A DNA stretch of 63,053 bases, filler included, from Pelomyxa schiedti (lineage: Eukaryota > Protista > Evosea), in assembly GCA_020536535.1 (NCBI GenBank). It is 13 parts of 13 records of this genome, joined end to end, with 100 filler letters (N's around TTAATTAATTAA, not from the genome) between each part and the next. Parts side by side here need not be neighbours in the genome. Positions count along the whole stretch, not along the records: positions 33,639 to 36,850 come from JAHLWZ010001796.1; positions 36,951 to 39,326 come from JAHLWZ010002019.1; positions 39,427 to 40,586 come from JAHLWZ010002752.1; positions 40,687 to 43,042 come from JAHLWZ010002025.1; positions 43,143 to 44,249 come from JAHLWZ010002825.1; positions 44,350 to 52,281 come from JAHLWZ010001334.1; 7 more parts are not named here. One strand, written 5' to 3'. Both the position numbers and the translations under genes were made by a program. Below the pieces are notes generated by a model, which was not told the origin of the DNA, did no database searches, and worked only from the letters and a program-made list of their open reading frames with translations. Of the stretch, positions 35,571 through 48,100 are shown in pieces; position 1 is the first letter of the stretch, and each line of letters starts with the position of its first letter.

Positions 35571-36950
35571 TGACACTGCACCAGTTTAAGTAATTATTCT
35601 AAGGTTGGGATTATAAGAACTCAAAAACAACTTGACTTCAAGGTGAACAATAAGGTAGATTTCCACAAGCTTGATTTCCTAAGATGTTAGGTCCAAGTGC
35701 TGACTCAGTAGGTCAGTCTCAGTGTTACAGAGAGTTTGGGGCAGTTTCCCACCCAAAGAAACACCAGTCAAAGGTCAGAAGCAGGGAATATAAGTGCATT
35801 TTTTCCCAGAAATCCACATTACCATGACTGACTTTGGCCTGGTAACCCTCCAGTCAGTCCCCCACTCAACAATAATAGATGCCAGAACCAATGGAGTGTA
35901 GTGGACTTCCACCTTCACCCACTTCCCTTCTACACTCACACCCTTTGCTCTTGCACACCTACACCCCCACTTGCTGGGCTCCTACACTCCACTCTGCTGG
36001 CCAACTTGGAAGTTGGGTAGGTCCCCTTCTTTTTCCTCTTTCTTCCTCTCACATTTTCCACAGACTTAGAGCATCTGTCCCTAATCTGGACAGGGGCAAA
36101 ACCTGGACCACTTACCAAAACAAGGAGTGGAAGTGTGTTTATCATGGACTGCATACCATATTTGTGTGGAAGGTCCATAGAAGCAGAGAAGGTCCTTCAC
36201 AGTCGGTGAATCACACTTGATTAGGCCTATTCACAACTCATCACAGTGGCACCACTGTGCAATATGTCAGTAGTGCTGGTGGAGCTCTACCTGGTGGTGC
36301 TCGTGGCAGTGCTTGTGGTGGTAGTGCTCGTGGTGGTGTTCATGTCCCCTCCTACACAAGTTCCTACTACCCAGAGGTCCAAGCCGGAGTCGGACTAATC
36401 GATCGATCAAAACAATCCAATAATGCGAACGATTTCATCGAACATCCACCATCCCAAAAAGTCACCCCGTCCCCTTTTGAGAACCTCATCAATAAGTCTA
36501 TGTACTTGAGGCGTGATAGAAATGGGTGCTTATTGCACTTTGTTTTTTACCAATGTTCTGTGCAAATGTTTTTAAGCTCATGTGTTACCATTTTTGGGTT
36601 TTGGAGTAAGTCCAATTTTTGCCACACCTCAACACTGTTGGGTAAGGAATACAACTGTTGTGTAAGATTGATTTTTTCTTCTGGATCCTGCACATGAAGA
36701 ACTATCATCTTCTCAATTCTTTCCATCTATGTGCATGATACACATTTAAGTGGTAGACTTACATAAGCGGAAAGACATACTTCCTGTTGACATAGTCTCT
36801 TTGTTATAAGGTCAATTAGAGTCAATCCTTGTTCCTGGGTGCACTGGTTGNNNNNNNNNNNNNNNNNNNNNNNNNNNNNNNNNNNNNNNNNNNNTTAATT
36901 AATTAANNNNNNNNNNNNNNNNNNNNNNNNNNNNNNNNNNNNNNNNNNNN

Positions 36951-39326
36951 GTGGAAGTCGCCGGATGGCTCGGGTGACATCTACCACGGCCATTGGGACC
37001 ACGGCAAGAAGAGCGGCTATGGTAGGATGCTGTTTGGTGATGATGAAAACGGCCAAGGCGGAGGGAGCTACGCCGGGGGCTGGAAGGACGACATGTTCCA
37101 TGGGAAGGGTGTGCTGGTGTGGCATGCGGGTCCGAAATACAAGGGTGATTGGTCCTGTGGGAGGGAGCACGGAAGTGGCATGAAAACGCGGACACGTGAT
37201 GGAACCCTCTTCACTGGTGAGTGGGAAATGGGGGTGCCAAAGGCGGGCATAAAGATATGGCCAAATGGTGACATGTTCACTGGAACGTTTACAGAAGATG
37301 GTGCCGGGGAAGGAACTCTGATTTTAGAGAGTGAGACACGCCTGTTCAAAGGAACCCTGGAAAATGGTGTTTTCAAAGAACACAGCATTGGGGGCATCTC
37401 CTATACCCTGGGTGGTGCTTCACCGCAGATAACAGAGGTGAGTTCCAGTAATCTCTTTCTTTTTAACAAATAGTTTTGAAGGTTGCCAAAATGAAGGCCA
37501 AAATAAACGAACTAGAACAGAAACTTGGGCAACAAACTAAAAGTGTGGCTTCTCTTTTGTTTTGGTTCAAAACACAGTTTAAAAAACCTCAAGGCTTTGA
37601 ACACACCCTGGCCCACGTTCAACGAGGGGTTTGGATGAAACTTATACCAGATCATCGGAGGTGCAACTGTGTGATGAAGAAAGTTGTCATTACCCTGGGC
37701 AACCACATCATCAAATTTCCGGAGCCAATTTGCACCTTGTGCCCGTTGGATAAGGTTACACACCCGTTTTCTTGTACTTCTATCTGTCCAAAAAAAGGTT
37801 GTGAAGATGGAAATCGACAAGCGGTTCGGACTAGATGAAAGCCAGCAGGTTCTCTCTTTCTCCTCAACTGTAAAGGATGAAAAACTTTCACCCCTGGGGA
37901 CTCCCTTGACACAACTCCCTGATGATGTTCTTCCAGGTTAACACATCCTCCTGGTGATGGACACACATCAATTTACGGAAACCCACAGAAATCAAGGTGA
38001 CACTCACACCAGTTCTGACAATCATAGAGTCCGAACTGAGAAGTATTTCCTCTGTTGGCCGTGGGTCCTATGGAACGGTGGAAAAGTGCGTCCACATTCC
38101 CTCAGGACGAGAAGTTGCTGTGAAAACAATGCATGATGAGATTGCATCAGAGTTCAACATTTCCAGATTTATTCTTGAGGCAGAGGTTTGTATTCCCACC
38201 ATTGTATTTCACCAGCTAAAACTACACCGCACAGATTGTGAGTGGACTGAGGCATCCCAACATTCTGAAATGCATTGGAACCTGCACCACACGCTCTGGA
38301 CGCCTGCAAATTGTGTCTGAGCTGTTGTGCTGCAGTCTCAGGAAACTTCTGACTCATGTTGCTGAAATTATTCACCCTCATTCACACAACAACTCATAAT
38401 ACCAAAAAAGAGACAACTGAGCTTCAATGAAGCCACTGCCATTGCTCTTAATGTTGCCAAGGGAATGGACAGCCTCCACAGGTTTTTACCTGCTACCGTG
38501 GAATGTATTGGATAAAAAAAAATAAAACAGGCAACAATACATGCACCGGGACTTGAGCAGCAACAACATCCTTTTTGATTCCAATGGAATTCCTAAGATT
38601 TGTGACTTTGGTGTGGCAATTATTATTCTCTTTTCTGAGCCATTCTATTCACCAACAAAAACAAGGTGTGTCCCAGAATACAGGCCAAATAAGATCAAAA
38701 GAAGAGATGCCCAGGGTTCCTGGAACCCCAACTTACATGGCCCCACAAATGTTCACAGCTCATTATTCAATTGAAGGTTGAAATGTCTACGGTATTAAAG
38801 AAAACTAACAAACAAAACAACAGGGGACATGTGGAGCTTTGGTGTTCTTCTGGCCGAGATGTTAAATGGTGGCATTGTTTCTAACACAATCACCCCCACT
38901 CAACACCGCACTTTCCTTCAGGAGCAGAAGAGAGTACTTCTACCTCCCGATGATAATGGTATTCTTCTTTCCAAGAAAAACCTATTAACAAATTGGCTCA
39001 CTGTACAGAGGTCAGCAGGCTTTGTGAGGAAATCGGGGAAACAACAGTGGCACACTGCCTCAGCATAAGGAAGGCTTCCCTTGAAGCTGTGAGGCACCTC
39101 ACACACTACACTTATTCCCCACCACAGACAGCAGCGGACTTTATGTGTGATATTGCACAGCTGTGCTTCTCGATCCTTGGTGTGTTTGTCCCCCCCCCCG
39201 AGCAGCAACCTTTGATTTAATTGACAGTGAAACGTCAGAGAGGAACCGGGCACCATTCACAGTTATTGTGAAGTTGTTGTTTTGTTGCAGCACAGTTGTT
39301 GCATCACATTCAAGCACAGGCACAGA
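36951..39326 (+). CDS. MORN-repeat / ubiquitin-like / TKL-type protein kinase, multi-exon, 5'-truncated
   Basis: YAGGWKDDMFHGKG and YKGDWSCGREHGSG MORN repeats; VKMEIDKRFGLDESQQVL Ubl-like segment; GRGSYGTV, VAVK, HRDLSSNN, DFG, GTPTYMAPQ, DMWSFG. Confidence 0.85.
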
Positions 39327-40096
39327 NNNNNNNNNNNNNNNNNNNNNNNNNNNNNNNNNNNNNNNNNNNNTTAATTAATTAANNNNNNNNNNNNNNNNNN
39401 NNNNNNNNNNNNNNNNNNNNNNNNNNGAGTTGTGGGAGGGCCTCTGATGGTGTGTTTGTGATGGATGAATTGGACACCGAACCCACTGCCAGTAGTGGTG
39501 GCGAAATGGTGCCCAGAACCCGGAATGATCCAGAGAGTGACTCTGACACAGATGAAAACAACCAGGTATCGTCCCGCTTCCACTTCAACTGTAACTATTC
39601 ACTGGTGATACTCTCCACACACACAAAAAGGCTTTCATACCTCCACATCTACTTGTGCAAACAAGCCCTGGCTCCACACCACCATTCTCTCTACCAGCAA
39701 GGTGCCTGTTCAACAACCTTACCTAATCAACACCCACACACATCACAAACCTCCGCAAGTACTTGCACAAGTGCAACAAACGCCAAACAAAGCTGCATGC
39801 ACCTCCTTCGCCTTAGGCAAAAAAAAAATCGGGAAATACTTTTGGTCGCCGAACATTTCAGAGACACGTAAAATCAAGAAGGGCAACTCGTGTACTTCTT
39901 GAAAGGAAAACGGCGGCGAACGTTTTTGATTCGGTGATTTTCGGCGCATGCCGTTTGAAAGCGTAGTGAATCAAGAAAGTCAATCAGAAAAAAAAAGAAA
40001 GGCAACGCCGGAGATCTCGGCCAGGAGCGAAAACACAACACAACAGAGAGTGCCGACACAACAGAGTGTGACAAATACAAAAGAAACAGCAATCAT

Positions 40097-40586
40097 ATGT
40101 TGTGGTTTTTCTGCCGTCGGGCGTTTGATCCCGTCAAGTTTTTGACGGACGTGCTTGAAGTTCAAGATCTTCAAGTTTGCGAGCAGTCGCTCGACGACAC
40201 CAAGGGCACCGAGGCGTGGTGGCGCGCCCGTGAAATTACCCTCCAGCTAGTTGCCTCAAAATTGGGGTATGTGTTGTCCGCCTTGTTTCTTTTTGTTTTT
40301 TTCACCCTCCCTCCCGTCGTGGATTTCTTTTTAAATTTTATTATATAAAACCGGGGTATTTAAAGACCCAGTTCTCCGCGGTCTTCAGGCAATTCTAACG
40401 ATTTTTACTTGATTTTAATAAATCTTAATAGTTCTAACTCTCTGTAATCCAGAAACAGAGCTGGTGGTCTGCAAGACCCTCATTTATGGAAATATAACCT
40501 GAAAGATGAGTGGTCTCTTGTTGCATTTTACTTGCCGTATGAAGGAATGACTCCGGCTGACCAGCAGCGTGTTGTAATAGATCTCG
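40097..40586 (+). CDS. Hypothetical protein, 5' exons, truncated
   Basis: ATG-initiated coding-like exon followed by T-rich GT..AG introns; no recognisable domain. Confidence 0.35.
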
Positions 40587-40899
40587 NNNNNNNNNNNNNN
40601 NNNNNNNNNNNNNNNNNNNNNNNNNNNNNNTTAATTAATTAANNNNNNNNNNNNNNNNNNNNNNNNNNNNNNNNNNNNNNNNNNNNCGGAGAACGTGACG
40701 CATCCTCCACCAATTTGTTAGCTTCTGTGGGCTTGAGAATAAGTCCCACAGAGGAAGAAAACGAGTGAGAGTGAAGAGAATAAAGAGTGTTCTCTTGTTT
40801 GTTTGGTTGTTGTTGTAAGGGGGTAAAAAGGGAGTGTGTAAAATCTCGCAGAGCGGTTGTGCGATTGGGTTAAAAGGCTGCGATGTTCAAATGGATTCT

Positions 40900-42819
40900 T
40901 GGACAAGTGTGCATGTGATCAAAACCTCCTGCCACGTTGTTGTTGCTGTATTGTGCGCCCAGCTGCGCTGTGCACTGATCATTACCTTCGCTGTCTCATT
41001 CTGGTAATAGTCCAGATTCGGCTCAGTCCTCAGTCTCTCCAATCCCGCTAAAGTCCACCAGACTTCAGAGTTTGTGTACTTTGTGGAAGTACACACTTGA
41101 ACACCTTACATCTTTCCATAAAAAAGGTAAAAAAAAAAGAAACTCTCAATTTATGTGTTGCATCTAGGTTATTGCTTTAACAAAAAATTGAAACAGGTTA
41201 TTTTTTTAATTTTTGTGTTACTTTTTTAGTTGTTACAACAACAAGATATTCCTAGATGGGAAACTCACTGCAAAGCAATAGCTAAGCAACACCGAAAAAA
41301 TACTCCCTCTGGACAAGTAAAAGCTGCAGCTGAAGAGAATCTTATGGGCTGGCTAAACAATGAACTACACACCCACTTTTTTTCCCATAGCTCAGCTAAC
41401 TCCGCAGCAGGGAAATCTACCAAATTTTTAAGGTGGGGTACTTATTATGCTGCTTTTAAAGCTTGGCATGTTGCTAGTGAAGACCAAGACAAGCCTACAT
41501 TTTCATACCCTAAGTTTTTGGAGATTGTAATATCCTCATTTAAATTCTTTATTTACCACTCCACAGTGTAAAGACAATCATTATTTGCGGACTCTTTTTG
41601 ATAAATACTTGTGCCCATATTGTCTAGAAAAGCTTGATGCTGTATATATACCTTTATTAGTGATTGTTTATAATTTTTGTAGGATAATCCTTCTAGTCGT
41701 TACCAATACCACCGAAAACAGGTCACACAGTTGTCTGAAGCTTATAAGCAATGCAAAGAACATTTAGGCTGGGGTAAAAAACCAGTGACAATATATTCTA
41801 TCTTATTTCAATAGGTGAGGCACTGTTTGTTGCTGACTATAGTAGATTCCATGAGTCTGAAAGTTTCAAGGTTTCCAGGAACATCAAAGGTTTTAAGTTG
41901 ATTTCCCTTGTAGGTGCACTCTTACAACATTGCATGGATACAAAGGGATGTCAGAACTCACCAATATACAACAGTGTATCTGGACTTTGTCGCAAACTAT
42001 CCTCACACCTGGAGGTTCTTAATTGTATTTTCATCACCACTCTAAAACACATTTGAAGGTTTACGCGTGCTGCTTGGGAAACTCTGTTTCTACATAGCCC
42101 ATTCAGTGCAATTTTGAGTCAACTCAAAAAAGTGTACATTTGGCAAGATGGAGGTTTAAAAACAATGCAAAATTTAGGCACTATAAACACTGTATATCCC
42201 CAAGTCAATACTTAAGCTGATTCGTTTTTAGATTATAAATGAAGTTCACCAGCAGTATCCCAACTCTGAATTGAAGGCTTCTATGCATTTTTTTGCTCCA
42301 CATCATGGACACTCCATCTGTGACTCACACTTCAGCAATGTGAAAAAGCATTTGAGAAACAAGCTTTCTGGAAATCTTCTGATGAATAGTAAGATCATAG
42401 TTGACACAATGGCTGACCTTCCCCACAGTACAGCATTTGAGCTTTCACGCACAGAAATTGAGAATGTAAATGCAGATCTCACTCAACTTCAAGGTGTCAA
42501 ACAGTACTTCCTCTTTCAGTTTGGGCATGATAAAAACAACACAGTGTTTGTGAAGAGACTACCTCAAGATCCTTGGACAAAGAAAACACTCAAAATTACT
42601 GGGTCTGCTCAAGTGCACCAACAAGCACAAGCAAGACAGTCTAAGCACCACTTTGAGAAACCTGTACTCATTGTGCTGCGGGAAGCAGGAATTGTGACCT
42701 CAGAACAAAAAAAGTTCACTGTGCAAGACATGAGAGATTGGCTTATATCTGAGCAAATGCCTTCAGAGGGCCTCAGACCAGAGCTGATTGAAAGAATAAG
42801 AAATATGGTTTTGTTTTAG
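40900..42819 (+). mobile_element. Intron-containing DDD transposase gene (Sola2-like) with C-terminal SAP domain; 5' end approximate
   Basis: YLCPYC; candidate triad VADYS / WQDGG / FFAPHHGHSICDSHF (cf. Sola2 HGKxxCD); SAP motif FTVQDMRDWL..PSEGLRPELIERI. Confidence 0.65.
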
Positions 42820-42877
42820 TCGCGGCTTTTACCCCCCACAGACGTGGTTCGATCCCGGCCAAACCAATTTTTTTTTT
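42807..42877 (+). pseudogene. Degenerate tRNA-like remnant (B-box, acceptor-like stem, T-tract)
   Basis: GGTTCGATCCC at 42846-42856; GGTTTTG/CCAAACC 6 of 7 pairs; followed by a T-run of about 10; D-arm missing and T-stem imperfect. Confidence 0.4.
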
Positions 42878-43142
42878 AAATTTGCCTATATCTGAGCGTG
42901 GTTCCTGACGAGGCAAAACGCATTTAGAGCACGCCGCGAGACAGTGCAACCGATGGTACTGTCCTTCGATACCACAATGGGCATGTTTTTGGTCTGAACT
43001 GAGGCTTCCCAGCTCTGTCCCACTGCACACAAGTTTCGGAGCNNNNNNNNNNNNNNNNNNNNNNNNNNNNNNNNNNNNNNNNNNNNTTAATTAATTAANN
43101 NNNNNNNNNNNNNNNNNNNNNNNNNNNNNNNNNNNNNNNNNN

Positions 43143-43795
43143 TTAATGTGGACTGAATCACTCCACCGAGCCGTAACTGTACTATCCGTCGGTGCCACCT
43201 GCTCCACCACACGCCCATTCCCATCCACAACGTCGAAATCTCGCGTTATTGTGTCGTTGCTCACCAGTACAAGCCTTTCACCACAGGAAAACGAATCCTC
43301 CTTCCTTCCTGGAACACCATCCGTTCCAACGTGCCCAATGAGGTCCCTGCAGCCCCCAGTCGTGGCGAACTGTGCCGACCTCACAACCCCAAGTGTTGGT
43401 GACAGTCTCATCCACACATGCGCCTGATGGCACGTCTTTTCCGAGTGTGTAACCAGCTGGTGGATCTCCTCACCCACAACCAGAGATTCGACCACGTCCC
43501 TGCACCCACACACGACCCACTCCCTGCCAAACTGCTCGACTATCGACGGGGATGCGGCGAGGACCCTGGCTGGCGACCGCACGCTAGTCCTGGCCACCAG
43601 TGATCCGCACGCGAACGCAACGAACTGGCCTGTGGCTGGTATTTCGACTTTCAGTGTGACTCGTGGTGGTGAAGACTCTGGTGTTGGTGCCGCCACTTCG
43701 AGTGCGATTTGTGGCTGTGAGTTGTTTGTTGTTGGTGCCTGGAGTTGGGTTTGTAGTTTTTTGTTTTCTGACTGTGTTGGCTGTGACGCGCCCAT
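43143..43795 (-). CDS. Orphan family A protein, 3'-truncated
   Basis: MGASQ..ATGQFVAFACG..QFGREWVV..LSPTLGVV. Confidence 0.7.
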
Positions 43796-43872
43796 TGCGA
43801 CTCAACCGGTTGAACTTATTTTTCAGCGAAGAGTCTTCCGGCGTGTTGATTGTTTTTATCCTCGCGTGGACT

Positions 43873-44249
43873 ATGAGGGTGTCGCGAGTGGTGTGGGACC
43901 ACGTCATAGTGCCCGCGTTGGCCCTGCCGTCCCACAATCGCGGCCGTGTTCGTTTCACCACCCCACAATGCCGTTGGCTGCTGGGCGTCGCCGAGGCGCT
44001 GTGCCCCCTGGTGCCCCGCGCGTGCAAGCTCGTCGCGTACGCGGCCGCGCAAGGCGTGCCGCCCGACAATTCGAATGAGAAGGACGAGAATTGTGGGACG
44101 GCAGTGGTGCAGAGGCACACGTCGCGGTACTTTGTGCTGTCGTGCGCGGGGGCGGCAGGGAGCACGAGGTGCATCACGTGGACGCTGAGGCACAAGGCCA
44201 CGACGAGGAGGAGGAACAACAGGAAGGAGTGCCTCGCTGTGCTCAGGGG
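43873..44249 (+). CDS. Orphan family B protein, 3'-truncated
   Basis: SRVVWDHVIVP..AEALCPLVPRAC..CITW..KECLAVLR shared with 52629 and 55166. Confidence 0.7.
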
Positions 44250-44736
44250 NNNNNNNNNNNNNNNNNNNNNNNNNNNNNNNNNNNNNNNNNNNNTTAATTA
44301 ATTAANNNNNNNNNNNNNNNNNNNNNNNNNNNNNNNNNNNNNNNNNNNNCGTACACCAGTGCCACCACCGGCATAGTCGCGCCCTTGCCCCCGGTTTTTT
44401 TGATGAAAATGGTTTTTTTGGCTTCGCTTATAAAGACACTCCGCAACATTTCCTTTCCTTAAACTTTTTAACTCCGTTCCTTAAACGTTCCTTAAACTCA
44501 TTAACTCCGTTGCCTAAACGCGCCGGAAACTCTACAAGCGGGAATAAAAATTGGTTTTATCCCCGGAGGAGGGTTGAAGGGCGATATTCGGTTTTTCATT
44601 CAACTTGGAAACTATTTTTTTAGGGTTGTTCAAATAATTTTTTCTGCCCATCTTCAAAAAAAAAAAAAAAATACAAGCAAACAAAGAGGCAAACCCGACA
44701 CCCAAAAAAAGGACTCCTCCATAACGCAACAACGGA

Positions 44737-46189
44737 ATGTCTGACTGCTACTTTGTGCTGCTGGGGGACGTTGGGTCTGGAAAATCCACACTGTTTGAGA
44801 AGATCACTGACACAACTGGCCGCAGTTCTTCCTCCTCTACTTCTTTCTCACGTACTTCAAAGGTGTGCACAATCAATGCCTTATTTTGCTCGTTGTGCAA
44901 ACACAACAATAACAAAAAAAAATAATAACAAATAATAACAAACAATATCAAATAACAACCAAACAACAACAAAAAAAATCCAAATCACAAAAAAAAAGGT
45001 TGTACAAATGGCAAAGTACAACGTGGCTGACACCCCTGGACTGAAGTCTGGTGCTGAGAGGGTTGACCATGCCATGCACATACTATCATGCCTGGAATAC
45101 CGCCCAGTGAAGTGCCTCATTGCTGTGTGCTCAATGAAGGATCGCATTGACGGAGTAATAGACTCTGTGTCAGAGCTGATAGTTCCGTTCTGGTCAGATT
45201 TTGCCCAGCACCTTGCATTGATCATCACAAAGCAGGACCTCCAGCCCCACATCTCCAAAGTTGAAGTGCAGCAACGCATGATCGAACTTGGGATCCCAAA
45301 CGTGCTGGTGACTCACAAGGCCACACCTCGACAAGAGCTCCTCCTCTTCCTCGACCAGCTGAAGGCAAGGATTCCAGGCTCTGTGTCATTCAGGGTTGCA
45401 CCCACCCAACTTTACAGGTACTTCAACTTGGCTGAAGCTGACTTTGGATACATGGCTGACATGAAGACGTTTGTTGACTTCTTCAAGGACCTTGTGGCAA
45501 CTGGTGAGAAGCACCTGCTCACACTGCAGGGGAATGCCAGGAGAGACTTTGCGTTCTCCTTCAAGGCGTTCATGTCTGATCTCATGCCTCAGTTCCAGTC
45601 TGAGTTTGCTGGCAAGCATGACGTGAACGCTCCCAAGACACTTCTGTATGCCATGGAACTGCAGAAGAGGTGCCACAGAGAGCTGCTGGCAGTGAGGCGC
45701 CTGTGCAGGGAATATGGGCTTGAGAACGACAACTCCACATACAAGAGCTGCCCTTACTGTGGCACCGTGTACGTGAAGGTGCAAGGCTGTGATGGCACCA
45801 CGACATGCGGCAACAGGCCGTCTGTGGCTGATGGTCACAGCTTCAGCATCTTTGAGTGGACATTTGAAACTGCAAGGGCAACGATATTCAGCTGGTCAAA
45901 CCCAAGGAACACAAGGGCAGTTGAGTGCTCATCTGCAGTGAACACAAGCCAGTAGTGGGGCACTGGCAGGAATGCAGAGCTTGTGAAACCTTGTGGAAGG
46001 CAAGTAGCCTGGAAGGATATGACTCCTGTTCAGCAGCCCGCAGACTGGGCCGTTATTGGTGAAGTGGCTGACACCAGGGCTCTCGAGACCCCCCTCGATG
46101 CCCAGACTGAAAGGATGTTCAAGTCCGGCACAGTTGCTATCCCAAGGACTCTTCCAGGTGTCGAAGTTGAACACAAAGGAAACCTGTGA
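44737..46189 (+). CDS. P-loop GTPase (AIG1/septin/MMR_HSR1-like) with C-terminal Cys-rich domain; in-frame TAG at 45953-45955
   Basis: LLGDVGSGKST, DTPG, TKQD; CPYCG..KVQGCDG.TTCG; frame stays open 77 codons beyond the TAG (PCGRQVAWKDMTPV); one intron about 44863-44998. Confidence 0.75.
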
Positions 46190-46320
46190 AACAAACAAAA
46201 AAACTTTCGGTGAAAAATAGTGAGCTGAATCAAAAAAACACCACGTTTCTAAAGTTTAGCTTCTGTTGGTGAATCGGGCGTAACAACAACAACAACGACA
46301 ACAACAACGACGGGTTCCAG

Positions 46321-48100
46321 ATGGTGGAGATTTGGAACGGCCAATGGAGTTTTCTCGAAAATATTAAACAATTTCTTTCTTTGCACCCCAGGGCTGTCTC
46401 TCCACCGAAGGTCATAAATATACAAATATCGTTGGAAGCGTGGCTTAGAGTCACTTGGGAGAAAACGATCGGGAGTCACCGCAACCAGTTTTACTGTGGG
46501 CACACAATGAGCCAAAGCACTTCCTCTCCAAACAAGAAAGACCACCCAAACCAGCGTCCCGTCTGGTTACCAAAGGAGTTGCATGACACACTTCAAAAAC
46601 TTGTGGGGAAAGGACATGTGCTTTCCCCTCAGCAGTGCTGTATGCAGTTCAACAATCACTCCCCTCTGCATCCAACAACAGTGACTCAACTTGTGACAAG
46701 CTGTTGCAAGCAAGGTGCATTCGCTGGTTGCACAACTGGTAAAGTAATTACTTTGGAGCAACTTCCAAGTAGAAGTGACATACCTAATATCAAGAGACAC
46801 TGTCAGAGCTTCACTCCTGTGTTCATTGCATACCACTCTGCTGTGGAGAATACTACAGTGTGCAGAGTGCTGAGTGTCTCTTTCACTCCACACTGCTCAG
46901 CTGAAGAACTGGCAGAACATGTTGTCTCCATGTTACACAGAGTTGATTTGGCCTCTGTACCTCCTACCACATTTATTGCAGATAATTGCTCTGGGATGCA
47001 AGGAGAAGTAGGAGGTACCATTGAGTTAGTGAGGAAAAAGTTGAGCAAAGGATTTCCCAAATCCAAGGAGTTTTAAAGTATATTAATGACCACTGTGCAA
47101 GCAACCACTGTACTTTGAGGCAGATAGTCTATGCCATGAGAGCTTGGTTACAGAATCCTATACTTTGAGTGCAGCTATCTTTCCTTTCTGAGTTTGCTCC
47201 TTTTCAGATTTCAATGACAGAGTGGGCGGAAGCACCAGATGTTGAGCACAATTTACCAGCATTATTCAAAGCCCATCTTCTCCCTGCACATATGTATTGC
47301 TCTGTGTTACCATCCCTGTGTTAAAAGAGTTTTTAGGTGTACTTTCGGCAAGACCAGTTAAATCAGATGTCTGAGGATTTGTCAACACACTTTCACAAAA
47401 CTGATAAGTTGTCTCCCTTGGATGATGTGACACTTGGTATTGATGTGGCTAAAGCTTTCCTGGGAGCAGAGGTTCAATTGCAATTTTCACCAAGTGGAAT
47501 GGTCTAAAGAAAGACTTGAGGAGGTATGTGCATGATAGCAAAGGAGGGAAGCCTGCTATTGCCCCTTACTGCTCCTTGGATAAATTTGGTAGGGAAGTCT
47601 GCTTTTCACAACCAATTACTACACAAAAGGTGAAAAGTTCTTTTAATGAGCTAGACACAATGTTGGTGCCAGGGCCACAAATCAGCACTAGGTTATTGGA
47701 GGCCAAAGTGTGCTATAAATTGAATTCCATCAACCCCATCAAGAACTCCATTAGTTCTTCATCCAAGAATTTTCCCACACAGAAGAGCAATCTTATTGCC
47801 CTCTCTAAACACCTCTTAGGAAACACTCAATACTCTATGGAGGAATTCACAATTGCCAAGAAATATAGTAGTTGAGCCACAGTTACCTTTCTGAACAAAT
47901 CCCATCACCACTGCTTCCTTACTACAGCCGGATAATTCCCACTTGGATGATGATGCTTCCTTAGAGCCAGGCAATTCGACGTTGGATGAGGTGGAGTATG
48001 GTCCTGATGCAGAAGATCCCTTTTGGCCTCCAGATGAACCTCCTATTGTACCACTTGTAACACTGCTCAAAAAGAAGCTTCACAATACTTGACACCTGAA
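46321..48100 (+). mobile_element. Decayed hAT-like transposase (pseudogene)
   Basis: SAEELAEHV..FIADNCSGMQGEVGGTIEL resembles hAT DGAxxMxGxxxG; downstream frame broken by stops; TIRs not found. Confidence 0.5.

Noticed and set aside
44452-44520. Short CCTTAAAC repeats as telomeric or iteron-like sequence
   Set aside because: Only 3-4 imperfect, irregularly spaced units
45953-45955. Genome-wide TAG reassignment (alternative genetic code)
   Set aside because: TAG, TAA and TGA all end conserved genes elsewhere, and long exons lack internal TAGs
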